Shown here: piece by piece, positions 19,829 to 29,771 of the stretch | Layout: every line of letters begins with the position of its first letter | How positions within the stretch are numbered: position 1 is the first letter of the stretch | Assembly (NCBI GenBank): GCA_902580665.1 | Contig: CACHLP010000004.1 | Coordinates: forward strand, 1-51,747 | DNA: 51,747 bases | Reading direction: 5' to 3' | Source of the DNA: an uncultured Pelagibacteraceae bacterium | GTDB lineage: Bacteria; Pseudomonadota; Alphaproteobacteria; Pelagibacterales; AG-422-B15 | The notes under the pieces: model-generated | Told to the model about the DNA's origin: nothing | What the model saw: the letters and a program-made list of their open reading frames with translations, nothing else | Databases searched by the model: none | Position numbers and translations under genes: made by a program

Positions 19829-21194
19829 ATGGCTAATATAAAAAATTTTGCTGTAACTCCCGTAAAAAAAGAGATTTATACAGATAATTTAGAGCAAATA
19901 AGAAATAAAATATTAGATCTATGCGAAGATTATATGGTGGAGCGTGGGGACCAATACATAATACCTGGCCAAGATTTTATACCTGCTTCTTCAAAGGTAC
20001 TTGATTCAAGTGACTTGAAAGCTCTGGTTGAGTCAAGCCTCGATTTGTGGTTGACCTCTGGGAGATTTTCTGAAAAATTTGAAAAAGAACTTGCTAAAAA
20101 ATTTGGATCAAAAAAATCTATACTTACAGTTTCAGGATCAGCAGCTAATCTTTTAGCTTTTTCATCCTTAACATCGCCAATGTTAAAGGAAAGAAGGATT
20201 AGGCCAGGAGATGAAGTCATAACCGTTGCAGCTGGATTTCCAACAACAGTTTTTCCAATTGTGCAAAATAATTGTATTCCAGTATTTTTAGATGTAAGTC
20301 TTGAAGATTACAATATTAAAGTGGAGGATTTAGAGAAAGCATTAAGTCCTAAAACGAAGGCAGTTATGATTGCACATACTGTAGGCAATCCATTTAATCT
20401 TGAAAAAGTAAGCGCATTTTGTAAAAAAAATAATTTATTTTTAGTTGAAGATTGTTGTGATGCATTTGGTGCAAAGTTCGATGGAAATCATGTTGGATCA
20501 TATGGTGATTTTGCGACTATGAGTTTTTATCCCGCCCATCATATCACTGCTGGTGAGGGGGGGAGCAGTATTCACTAACAATATTAAATTAGCGAGAATT
20601 GCAGAGTCATATAGAGACTGGGGACGTGATTGTTATTGCCATACTGGAATGAATAATACCTGTGGTAAGAGATTTGGTTGGAAACTTGGTAAATTACCTG
20701 AAGGATATGATCATAAATTCATATATTCTCATATCGGGTATAATTTGAAGATGACTGATATGCAAGCAGCATTAGGACTATCCCAGCTAAAAAAATTAGA
20801 TAAGTTTGTCAGTAAACGAATCGAAAATTTTCATATACTAAATGAATTAATGAAGAAAAAAGGACTTGATAAATACTTTATATTACCAAAGAAATCATAT
20901 AAATCAGAACCAAGTTGGTTTGGTTATATGGTCACTTTACGTAAAGACTCAAATTTAAATAGAAAAGATATAATTAACTTTTTAGAAGATAATAAAATTA
21001 TTACTAGACTATTATTTGCTGGAAATTTGACAAAGCAACCTGCATTTGAAGAAATTGACTTCAGAGTAATTGGGGACTTAGAAAATACGGACCTTATTAT
21101 GAATAATACATTTTGGGTAGGAATTTATCCTGGATTGGATACAAATCACCTGGAGTATATATCTGATAAATTTTTAGAAGCTGTAAATAAATAA
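19829..21194 (+). pseudogene. rfbH: RfbH/DdhC-like NDP-4-keto-6-deoxysugar 3-dehydrase, frameshifted at a G7 tract (error, phase-off or pseudogene)
   Basis: ORFs 19829-20578 and 20553-21194 join as SFYPAHHITAGEGG|AVFT...RDWGRDCYC...NTC...GYDHK if one G of 20557-20563 is removed. Confidence 0.85.
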
Positions 21195-21195
21195 G

Positions 21196-23424
21196 TTATT
21201 CACATTCTGAAAATTGGATTTTACTAAAGCTTACGCCAAGCTTTCTAGGATCCGCGCTAATATCTAATTCAATTGGCGAATATAATTTTCCTAAATAAAT
21301 TATTTTGTATATTTCAGTTTCTTCTTTAAAGTCTATACACGCTTCATAAGTATCTTTTGATACATTTTTAAAATTACTAATGCTATCAGAGCTGGCAATT
21401 TGTAAAAAATTGTCCCTGCCTTGATTCTGAAATTGTTTTAAATTAAATATGGTTAATTTAAATTTATTTATATTATCAGAAAAAGCAGAGATTCTTAGTT
21501 GCGATTCATTTTTACTAGTCCATCTACCAAATGACTCGGGTGCGTGCCAGCCATCAAGCAGCACTAGAACGGGGTCATTTATTGAAACTGCTTTATTAAG
21601 TGGTATAGAGTTTTGCTTAGGGTATGACATTATTGGGAAACAATCTGCTTGAGTAAACGATCTTCCATCAATTAAAGTCATGTATCCTCCATCAATTTTT
21701 TTCCATGAATTCTTTTTTACTTTCTGATTATAATTTGTATCGTTTCTCGTATTAATTAGAAACAAATCATAATTTATATTTCTAGTAAATAGATATGTTT
21801 CTTCAACATCTAATTCATCATTATGAAATTCGAAAACGCTTATATTTAACTTACAGGTGTTTGCTCTTATATTATAAACATTATAAAAGTTTTTATTTTT
21901 ATCGGGAAAGTCTATAAAATTTAACTCAGTATCATACTTAGCAAATAAGTAGTTTTGCCAATATTCTTTTTTAGTCGGCACTGACCACACATAGCTAGTC
22001 AGAAAAGGTGAATAAATATTTTTAGATTTTAATAAATGCACATCCATAAAAGATATATCTTCAAGTAGTTCCCACTTGACAGAATTATCTCTCATTGACT
22101 CTGAAATAATATAATTTCGCTGATTGGTGAAAAAATTGGTAATAAATAAAATTAAAATAAATAAATATAAAAAAAAATTTCTTAGAGTCTTAAAATAACT
22201 TAAGCAATTGAGAAAAATAAATACAATAAATGCGGAGAGGACAATTTGTGAAATTGTAGTATATGAATAATGTAATACACCGACTGAATGCCATTCTCTA
22301 TACTTAGCTGATAAGCTTAGTAGAAAAGAAGGGAAAAAAATTAATATTAAAAATACAATAATTGTTATTAATAGATTTTTTTTGTTTAAGGAAAAATTGT
22401 TATATTTGACTATTAGAATACCGCTAAGTAATAGTAAAGTTGATTGTATTAATGCTATTAATTGATATTTATAGTCTAAATTTAGAATTAAAGGATTTAC
22501 AAAAATCTTTTCAATGAAATCGTAATCTGGACTGTAGTAAACTATTGAAAAATGATGTCCTAAATAGGGCAAATAAGATTCAATCGCCCACATAAAAAAC
22601 CAATAGAATTGATTTCCACTAACTGCAAAATTAATAAGTGTAGAAATAATTATAGGCAACTGCGATAGTGAAATCCCAATTACATTTCCAGTATAGTCAG
22701 AAGGATTTAGATATCTAAAAACCATATAGGAAATGAGATATAATGAAAATACTATTGTTATAGGATCGTAAAATAACTTTCTTATTTCATTAAATTTATT
22801 TTTAAAATCATATTTTCGCCCTGTAGTTGTATAATGCATAAGCAAAAATAAAACAGGCATATACTCGTGTCCTAAACAAGATAAAAAGAAAAGGAAAGTC
22901 ATTAAATATTTCTTAGCAAACAAATAATTTGTGCTTAAATTATTATTAGTTTGTAGCGCAATTAATAATGACCCAAATCCACAAGATATTAAAAAAAAGT
23001 GATAAAAAGGGACTGCTACCAATAGATTATGATCCCACATAAGATTTGTTGTTGAAATATAAACAAGCAAAAATAAAATTGCAAAATTGTATGAAAAAAT
23101 TTTTTTTAAATAGAATGCTACAAAAATTATTGTAATATAGTAAGTTCCAAAGTGAAGTAAATCATAGATGAGAGAATTCTCATAATTTAAAATAAACCCC
23201 CAAATAAGTATGAAAAAAATACCTTGAATTCTACCTTGTTCTTGTGCAAAGTTAATCGCTGCAGACCAAATGTCTCCCTTTGCATAGGCATACGCAATAT
23301 GAACGTCATCATAAATTGTCATTCTTATCCCAATCCAGCTAATGACATCAATAGCAAATACAATTGCAACTAATACAAAAATAATTATTTTAATATCAAA
23401 CGTATTTCCTTTTTTATTTATCAT
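21196..23424 (-). CDS. Polytopic membrane protein, putative GT-C fold glycosyltransferase with C-terminal periplasmic domain
   Basis: About 10 or more hydrophobic segments; DD pair (IYDDV) after TM1; soluble C-terminus with GWHAPESFGRWT and DPRKLG; GtrB-like gene in the same operon. Confidence 0.6.
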   Translation of the reverse strand: MINKKGNTFDIKIIIFVLVAIVFAIDVISWIGIRMTIYDDVHIAYAYAKGDIWSAAINFAQEQGRIQGIFFILIWGFILNYENSLIYDLLHFGTYYITIIFVAFYLKKIFSYNFAILFLLVYISTTNLMWDHNLLVAVPFYHFFLISCGFGSLLIALQTNNNLSTNYLFAKKYLMTFLFFLSCLGHEYMPVLFLLMHYTTTGRKYDFKNKFNEIRKLFYDPITIVFSLYLISYMVFRYLNPSDYTGNVIGISLSQLPIIISTLINFAVSGNQFYWFFMWAIESYLPYLGHHFSIVYYSPDYDFIEKIFVNPLILNLDYKYQLIALIQSTLLLLSGILIVKYNNFSLNKKNLLITIIVFLILIFFPSFLLSLSAKYREWHSVGVLHYSYTTISQIVLSAFIVFIFLNCLSYFKTLRNFFLYLFILILFITNFFTNQRNYIISESMRDNSVKWELLEDISFMDVHLLKSKNIYSPFLTSYVWSVPTKKEYWQNYLFAKYDTELNFIDFPDKNKNFYNVYNIRANTCKLNISVFEFHNDELDVEETYLFTRNINYDLFLINTRNDTNYNQKVKKNSWKKIDGGYMTLIDGRSFTQADCFPIMSYPKQNSIPLNKAVSINDPVLVLLDGWHAPESFGRWTSKNESQLRISAFSDNINKFKLTIFNLKQFQNQGRDNFLQIASSDSISNFKNVSKDTYEACIDFKEETEIYKIIYLGKLYSPIELDISADPRKLGVSFSKIQFSECE

Positions 23425-24628
23425 AAATTTCTAATAATAACTTATACAAGTCCTTTCTACCTGATAAATAATAGAAAGGTAAATTAACTTTTTTTGCAGC
23501 GCTTTCATCACTGTTTTGATCACCAATAAAAAGTGAAGTTGGTAAATTGAGGTCATATAGTTTTTGAGCTTGAATAAACATGCCTGGTTCAGGCTTACGA
23601 CAAAAACAGTTTTCATTCCAATGATGTGGGCAGTATATAACATCCTCAATTTCTCCTCCATTTGCCTCAATCTCTGAGATCATTTTTTTATGAATTGTAT
23701 TTAAATCACTCAGCGATAGTTTTCCCAATGAAATGCCCGCCTGATTGGTAACAACTATAACTCTTAATGATTTTGACTTGAGAAAGCTGAAAGCTTTGAA
23801 TATATTTTTTTTCCATTTCCACTCACTCCAATTTCTAACATATTTTCCCTTTGGAGGCTTAATATTTATTACACCATCCCTATCAAGGAATATGTAACTT
23901 TTCATATTTTTAAAATATTTTTTAGTTAAATGAAGTCTATTTAAATTACTTATACTATAATACTTGTGTAGAGTGATAAACGCGTGAAGATTTTTTTCTC
24001 TAATTAAATCTTTTATAATCCTTTGTAAGGATATATTAAATTTGTTTGCTGATATATTTTTCAAAACATTTTTTTGTAATATGAAAAATCCTAAATCAAC
24101 ATATTTTAATTTCCTATTTCTTCTCGCCTTATCATAATTTATAACATTATTTTTTTTATCTAAGTCTATGTTAGAGGTAGAATACCTATCATCATTTCTA
24201 TAAACGATCATTTGTGACTTTTTTTTTGAATTTTTTAGTTCATTCCATATTTCATCAAATTTAATATCAAGATAATTATCTCCATAAAGCAAAAAAAAAG
24301 TATCGTCTAAATAGTTTTCAATTATTTTTAATCTTGACGCAGTTTCAAATTTTTTGGGTGAATTAAAAATAGTTAATTTAAATTTATACTTATTAAGTTT
24401 TTCATAAGCGTTTTCAAATTTTTTTCCTTGGTAGCCTGTTAGAATAATAACTTCTTCAAAGTTATTTTTTTCTAAAACATCAAGTAGGTATGATATAAAT
24501 GGTTTACCATTTATATCAATTAATGGTTTAGGATTATATTTAGTGAGAGGCATTAAACGTGTGCCCGCACCCCCAGCAAGAATTACAGCCTGCTTGGGTT
24601 TATGAAATTTTAATATACTTCTTCCCAT
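23414..24628 (-). CDS. Fused heptose-1-phosphate nucleotidyltransferase (HddC-like) / heptose-1,7-bisphosphate phosphatase (GmhB-like)
   Basis: N-terminal ILAGGAGTRL..PKPL; C-terminal FLDRDGVIN, VTNQ, CPH...CFCRKP, GD. Confidence 0.85.
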   Translation of the reverse strand: MGRSILKFHKPKQAVILAGGAGTRLMPLTKYNPKPLIDINGKPFISYLLDVLEKNNFEEVIILTGYQGKKFENAYEKLNKYKFKLTIFNSPKKFETASRLKIIENYLDDTFFLLYGDNYLDIKFDEIWNELKNSKKKSQMIVYRNDDRYSTSNIDLDKKNNVINYDKARRNRKLKYVDLGFFILQKNVLKNISANKFNISLQRIIKDLIREKNLHAFITLHKYYSISNLNRLHLTKKYFKNMKSYIFLDRDGVINIKPPKGKYVRNWSEWKWKKNIFKAFSFLKSKSLRVIVVTNQAGISLGKLSLSDLNTIHKKMISEIEANGGEIEDVIYCPHHWNENCFCRKPEPGMFIQAQKLYDLNLPTSLFIGDQNSDESAAKKVNLPFYYLSGRKDLYKLLLEIYDK

Positions 24629-24653
24629 TTAATGTTTTAAACTTTAATTATTA

Positions 24654-25274
24654 CTAAAACTTTTCATTCTTAAAGTCATCATCAGGTAAGGCTTTTTGTC
24701 TGATATATTGTGCAATAATATGCATCATTCCCTGGTGCAAGTCCTCTACTATTCCATAATTATGCACGTCTACATGAATTGAAATATCGGCAAGCTTTCT
24801 TGCCGCCCCACCAGCAAAACCAGTAAAAGCAATTGTTTTACAACCTATTTTTTTTCCATCTGATAAAGCTTTTATAATGTTAGGGGAATTACCTGAACCA
24901 CTAATTACTATTAAGGCGTCATTCTTGGTTGCAAATCGATTAAGTTGATATGAGAAAATTTCTTCATAACTAATATCATTTGCAATCGCGCTTATAATTT
25001 CGACATTATTTGAAAGACTATGAACTTTTGGCTTCAACTTTGTTCCTGTAGAAATAAGCTTTGTATAATCGGCAATAAAATGATTAGCTATTGCAGCTGA
25101 GCCCCCATTGCCGCAGACAAAAAGCCAATTGTTATTTTGAAAAACTGTCTCACATATTTCTGCACATAATTTTAATTGTTCGTTATCAATTAATTTACTT
25201 CCGTCAATAAGATTATTGTAATAATCTTTTACAAAATCATTAAAGTCATAATATTTGTGTGATGGAAAAGACAT
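24654..25274 (-). CDS. gmhA: Phosphoheptose isomerase (SIS domain)
   Basis: CGNGGSAA, SAIAND, ISGSGNSPNI, GIVEDLH. Confidence 0.85.
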   Translation of the reverse strand: MSFPSHKYYDFNDFVKDYYNNLIDGSKLIDNEQLKLCAEICETVFQNNNWLFVCGNGGSAAIANHFIADYTKLISTGTKLKPKVHSLSNNVEIISAIANDISYEEIFSYQLNRFATKNDALIVISGSGNSPNIIKALSDGKKIGCKTIAFTGFAGGAARKLADISIHVDVHNYGIVEDLHQGMMHIIAQYIRQKALPDDDFKNEKF

Positions 25275-25278
25275 AATC

Positions 25279-26232
25279 TTATAATTTTGTTTTTTTATAA
25301 ATTTCTTTTATAATATAGTTTGGCCTTAATTTTACCTCTTCATAGATTCTTCCAACATACTCACCAATAACTCCTAAAAATAACATATTGATACCTAAAG
25401 TTAAAACAATAAGGATATTTGTTTGTGTTAATCCAGGTGGTAATGCAAAAGTTATATCGACACCTATAAGACTGGCAATTATTTTTGCAAAAATATTAGT
25501 TAATATTAAAACAAGGCAAGTGATCAAAATAATCAGCGCAAGTATTGAAATTAGTCGAAGCGGCTTTCTTGTAAACGACAATATTCCGTCTAAGGCTAGG
25601 TTAAATGCTTTTCCAAAATTGAACTTTGTTTTACCTACGGCTCTATTTTCTCTTTTGTATGGAAATGGCGTCTGCTTAAACCCTACCCAAGCTCTTAGAC
25701 CTCTTACGAAGCGCTGTGTTTCATTTAATGAATTAATACCATCAACAGCCTTTCGGTTCATAACACAGAATTCACCTGCATCTAAAGGCACATCAATATC
25801 TGACGTTAATTTCCATATTCTATAGAAAAGCCAAAACATCATTTTTCTGAATCTGGTCTCATCTCTTTCAATTCGGCTACCATATACAATGTCACTTGAA
25901 GTGTTATTTGCCAGTTCTAACATACTTGGAATTAATTCTGGCGGGTCTTGCTGATCACAATCCAGTAAAGCAACCCACTCTCCTTCAGCCAATTTTAAGC
26001 CTGCTGTCAATGCGCCTTTGTATTCAAAGTTTCTAGATAAACTTACAAGTCTTACTTTTGAGTCACTATTGCACAATTCTTTGACTATTTGATACGTTCT
26101 ATCGGAGCTTCCATTATCAATAAATAGAATTTCAAATTTATCATTTAGCTTTTTTGCCGAAATAATTATTCTTTCATAAAGAGGTTTTATATTTTCTTCT
26201 TCATTAAAGGCTGGAATTACATATGAAAGCAT
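25279..26232 (-). CDS. GtrB/DPM1-like polyprenol-phosphate glycosyltransferase (GT2, two C-terminal TMs)
   Basis: VIPAFNEEENI, LSRNF, DCDQQDPPELI, RFVRGLRAWVGF, GVIGEYVGRIYEEVKLRP. Confidence 0.9.
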   Translation of the reverse strand: MLSYVIPAFNEEENIKPLYERIIISAKKLNDKFEILFIDNGSSDRTYQIVKELCNSDSKVRLVSLSRNFEYKGALTAGLKLAEGEWVALLDCDQQDPPELIPSMLELANNTSSDIVYGSRIERDETRFRKMMFWLFYRIWKLTSDIDVPLDAGEFCVMNRKAVDGINSLNETQRFVRGLRAWVGFKQTPFPYKRENRAVGKTKFNFGKAFNLALDGILSFTRKPLRLISILALIILITCLVLILTNIFAKIIASLIGVDITFALPPGLTQTNILIVLTLGINMLFLGVIGEYVGRIYEEVKLRPNYIIKEIYKKTKL

Positions 26233-26285
26233 AAAACTAATATTTTTAAGATGTAACTATTATTAATAACAGAAAATGGAATTAT

Positions 26286-27170
26286 TTATATTAAATATTT
26301 CTTTAATCTTAAATCAAGTTTCTCTTTTTTACATATATTCCATTTTTTTTTTGGAATAACTGGTTTTAAGATTTCACCCTTTCTATAATTAAAAGCTCCC
26401 CACTCAGCATGTAATTTCTTTCCTTTAATTTTTCCAATCTTATCTGCCAAATCACGCAAAGTCATTCTATTTCCCGTAGAGGCATAAAACTGTCTTTTTG
26501 GTACAATATTGCTCGAATTTTTTTTAATAATTAAATTAGAAAACCCCTGAGCAACTAATTCAATATGAGATAAATCAATAATTTGATTTCCTGGTGATAA
26601 TTTTATAATCATATTATTGTTAATAGCATTGTTAATAATACTCACAATTTTTAGCCGAGGATCTCCCTCACCAAACGTATCATAAACTACAACTTCATCA
26701 AAAATAAATCCTTTATTTAATGCAAGTGATTCTGCTAAATCTGAAAAAGATTTTTTTGTTCCAGCAAAGACATTAGAAGGATAATAGTCTTTCGTTCCTT
26801 TACCATATACAAAAAAACTAGAAGGTGATATTAGTCTTGTAAAATATTTCTTTTCTGAGCACATTTCAGCAATTTTTATTGGAGTTGTAATATTTGCCTC
26901 AATCATTTCACTCAAAGATTTAAGATTATGAAAATATGAAAAAGATACTTGTAAGTTTATAAACATCACGATTCTATATTTGTGAATTGCACTTTGTAAA
27001 TTTTTTTTATTAACAAATATTATTTTCTTTTTATATTCTTTAATTTTAGAAATTTTAAAATTTGATTTCCCTGTGGTGAAGATGATTAATTTAAATTTTT
27101 TTTTTAATAGGATAGGTATAAGATTTCGTCCTAAAAATCCACTTGCACCTGCAACCAAAATACTATCCAT
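26286..27170 (-). CDS. NAD-dependent epimerase/reductase (extended SDR), putative NDP-sugar C4 reductase
   Basis: GASGFLG Rossmann motif; YDTFG..D; FAGTK in place of the catalytic YxxxK. Confidence 0.7.
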   Translation of the reverse strand: MDSILVAGASGFLGRNLIPILLKKKFKLIIFTTGKSNFKISKIKEYKKKIIFVNKKNLQSAIHKYRIVMFINLQVSFSYFHNLKSLSEMIEANITTPIKIAEMCSEKKYFTRLISPSSFFVYGKGTKDYYPSNVFAGTKKSFSDLAESLALNKGFIFDEVVVYDTFGEGDPRLKIVSIINNAINNNMIIKLSPGNQIIDLSHIELVAQGFSNLIIKKNSSNIVPKRQFYASTGNRMTLRDLADKIGKIKGKKLHAEWGAFNYRKGEILKPVIPKKKWNICKKEKLDLRLKKYLI

Positions 27171-27636
27171 GCTTTAGAGACCAGTCGTAGCTAATATCGT
27201 AACCATCTGGTTTAAATGGATCTATATAGATCAATTCTTCTTTGACGTGAGGCATATCAGCGCAATTAGCCATGATTGCCATTTTTTCTCCATATGCTTT
27301 ATAGCCATTCGCCACACCCGGTGGAATTTGTACTACGCAGTAGTTATGCTCTCCTATAAAAATTTCCATACAATTCCCTTCCGTAGGTGAACCTTTTCTT
27401 ACATCATAAACTACCAACTTAACCATTCCAACTATACAGCAATCATTAATAGTCATTTCCTTATGAACGTGCCAAGCTTTTACCACGCCAGGATAACCTG
27501 AGGTAAAATAAATCTCACCAAATTTGGTAAATTGTGGGTCTGTTGATTTCATCATGTGGAATATCACACCCCTTTCGTCAGCAATTTTCTTTAAAGGAGT
27601 AATAATAACACCTTTAATCTGACTTCCCTTAAACAT
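27163..27636 (-). CDS. RmlC-like NDP-4-keto-6-deoxysugar 3,5-epimerase (cupin)
   Basis: DERG, PGVVKAWHVH, DVRKGSPT, IPPGVANGY. Confidence 0.85.
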   Translation of the reverse strand: MFKGSQIKGVIITPLKKIADERGVIFHMMKSTDPQFTKFGEIYFTSGYPGVVKAWHVHKEMTINDCCIVGMVKLVVYDVRKGSPTEGNCMEIFIGEHNYCVVQIPPGVANGYKAYGEKMAIMANCADMPHVKEELIYIDPFKPDGYDISYDWSLKHG

Positions 27637-27642
27637 ATAAAC

Positions 27643-28662
27643 TTACTCTATGCCATCATTGAGTTTTGTATCTTTTTCATCTGATAACCTTTTTCTCCAG
27701 TATCCAAGTGTATCAGACAGTATTTGATCAAAACTAATTTTTGGCTTCCAACCCGTTTGATCACTAAACTTTGACAGATCTCCAATTAAAAAAGGGACTT
27801 GTGTTGGTCTTACATATTTTTTTGTTTCCTCAATTTTGACAGCATCCATGCTTACATTGGACATTGCAATTAACTTATGAAGTGCCTCTTCAAAGGTAAA
27901 GATAGAGTCTTCACTACCGTTGCCAATCAAATATAATTCCCCTGGTTTACACTTTTGTGTTGCAATCCAATAAGCCTCAACCATGTCTTTAACGTGAGTA
28001 AAATTTCTTTTATCTTTAAGGTGGCCAGTTTTTATAATTGGCTTTTGCATATCCATTTCGATTCTAGCAATTTGATATGCATACCAAGGTATTCCAAAAA
28101 CTTTCTCTCTTCTTGGTCCTTCATGATTAAATGCTCTTGTTCTTATAACTTTCAAACCATACGACTGGTTGTACACAAAGCCTATTAGATCTTGCGCAAT
28201 CTTAGTTACTGCATATGGATTAACAGGCCTAAGTACACTTTCTTCATTTAAAGGCAACTCACTCTCATAGGCTTCGCCATATTCTTCACCAGACCCAGGT
28301 ATATGAAACGGAGTATTATTTAAATTCAGGCGTTGCATTGCATCTAATAAATTTACAGTTCCCAAGTAATTTACATCCATATATCTCCTTGGGTGTCTCC
28401 ATGATGGACTAACAAAACTCTCAGCAGCGCAATGAAAAATTAAATCTGGTTTTGATATTTCTAAAGCTTCGTATGCAGCCCTTGCATCCGTTATATCACA
28501 ATCTATCCACTCTACCTTATCATATATGTGCTTTACATGTTCTAGACGAGATAGATGATATCTTTTCAATCCAAACAATTTAGCATCAGGATGATTTTCA
28601 AGAATGTAGTCCGCTAAGTGCGACCCCACGAAACCAGTGACCCCGGTTAATAAGATTTTCAT
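27643..28662 (-). CDS. GDP-sugar 4,6-dehydratase (Gmd-like; likely GDP-heptose, DmhA/WcbK type)
   Basis: TGVTGFVGSHL, AAESFV, GSGEEYG, YAVTK, RAFNHEGPRR; adjacent to the heptose kinase. Confidence 0.75.
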   Translation of the reverse strand: MKILLTGVTGFVGSHLADYILENHPDAKLFGLKRYHLSRLEHVKHIYDKVEWIDCDITDARAAYEALEISKPDLIFHCAAESFVSPSWRHPRRYMDVNYLGTVNLLDAMQRLNLNNTPFHIPGSGEEYGEAYESELPLNEESVLRPVNPYAVTKIAQDLIGFVYNQSYGLKVIRTRAFNHEGPRREKVFGIPWYAYQIARIEMDMQKPIIKTGHLKDKRNFTHVKDMVEAYWIATQKCKPGELYLIGNGSEDSIFTFEEALHKLIAMSNVSMDAVKIEETKKYVRPTQVPFLIGDLSKFSDQTGWKPKISFDQILSDTLGYWRKRLSDEKDTKLNDGIE

Positions 28663-28665
28663 TTT

Positions 28666-29688
28666 TTAGTTCTCTAATTTATTTATTAATTCTGTACCGT
28701 TCTGATTAATATCAATATTTATTCTCTTAGTCAATAAATCAGTGGCTAACAACTGTAAATTATCAAAAGCACATAATATGAAACCACCCCCGCCTGCTCC
28801 ACATAACTTTAGACTAAATTTTTTATTTTTAACCTGAACTTTTATTTTGCTTATTAGATCTCGTATTTTTTTATTTTCTATTTTGGGATTTAAATTCTTT
28901 TTTATTTCCCATGACTCTTGAAGTAAGTCTAAAAGTAATTGATGTCCTCCTTCAATACTCTTTTCTGAACTTAAGTCATTAACATAATCTGAATAATTTA
29001 AGCATATATCCCTTAACTTAATCATAGGGTCTTTAATTTTACCTGATGTAATTTCACTTCTTTGAGATTTTAGGACTAATGAACTTGAACGAGATATTCC
29101 AGTCCAGACTAAAAAAGAATTTTCAGCAAGTTTTGCAGTAATGTTATCAATATAAGTACTTTTAGTTATATCAACTGATCCGTTCGTATTAAATTTTAAA
29201 AAATTTGTACCGCCAAGAGCACAAGCATACTGATCTTGCTTACCTATTGGATTTTTCAACATTGATATTTCGATATGACAGGCTTCTTCAGCTAATTGAC
29301 TTTTACTAACTTGCTTATTTCCTTTCATAATGTGAATTGCGTGAAGTAACCCAACTGTGAAAGCGCTTGACGAGCCTAAACCAGATCCAGCGGGTACATC
29401 AGATATAGAGCTTATATATAAAGGTTCTTCAAATTCTAAAAATTCTAGAACTGACCTTACAATATCATTCTTGATTTTGAGTCTATTTTGTTTAAGTTCT
29501 GTCTCCGAGTAAACAATCCTATATTTTTCATTGAAGAATCTGGGATGTTTCTTCACTGTAACGTATACATATTTATCAATCGCAAAACTTAATACTGCTC
29601 CTTGGTAAGTTTCGTAAAATTCTTTTATATCTGTGCCGCCACCTAAAATTGAAATTCTATGAGGGGTTCTAGTAGTTACATAGTTCAT
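28666..29688 (-). CDS. hddA: D-glycero-alpha-D-manno-heptose-7-phosphate kinase (GHMP family)
   Basis: PHRISILGGGTD, PAGSGLGSSS, GKQDQY, KLCGAGGGGF. Confidence 0.88.
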   Translation of the reverse strand: MNYVTTRTPHRISILGGGTDIKEFYETYQGAVLSFAIDKYVYVTVKKHPRFFNEKYRIVYSETELKQNRLKIKNDIVRSVLEFLEFEEPLYISSISDVPAGSGLGSSSAFTVGLLHAIHIMKGNKQVSKSQLAEEACHIEISMLKNPIGKQDQYACALGGTNFLKFNTNGSVDITKSTYIDNITAKLAENSFLVWTGISRSSSLVLKSQRSEITSGKIKDPMIKLRDICLNYSDYVNDLSSEKSIEGGHQLLLDLLQESWEIKKNLNPKIENKKIRDLISKIKVQVKNKKFSLKLCGAGGGGFILCAFDNLQLLATDLLTKRINIDINQNGTELINKLEN

Positions 29689-29771
29689 TATATTATTGAG
29701 ACCTTTTTAAAAGATGACTTTATAATAATTCTAATTTTATATATATCTTGTTAATATATTAAATTTAAATA

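Noticed and set aside
20553-21194. 213-aa ORF as an independent gene
   Set aside because: It is the C-terminal half of rfbH after the G7 frameshift
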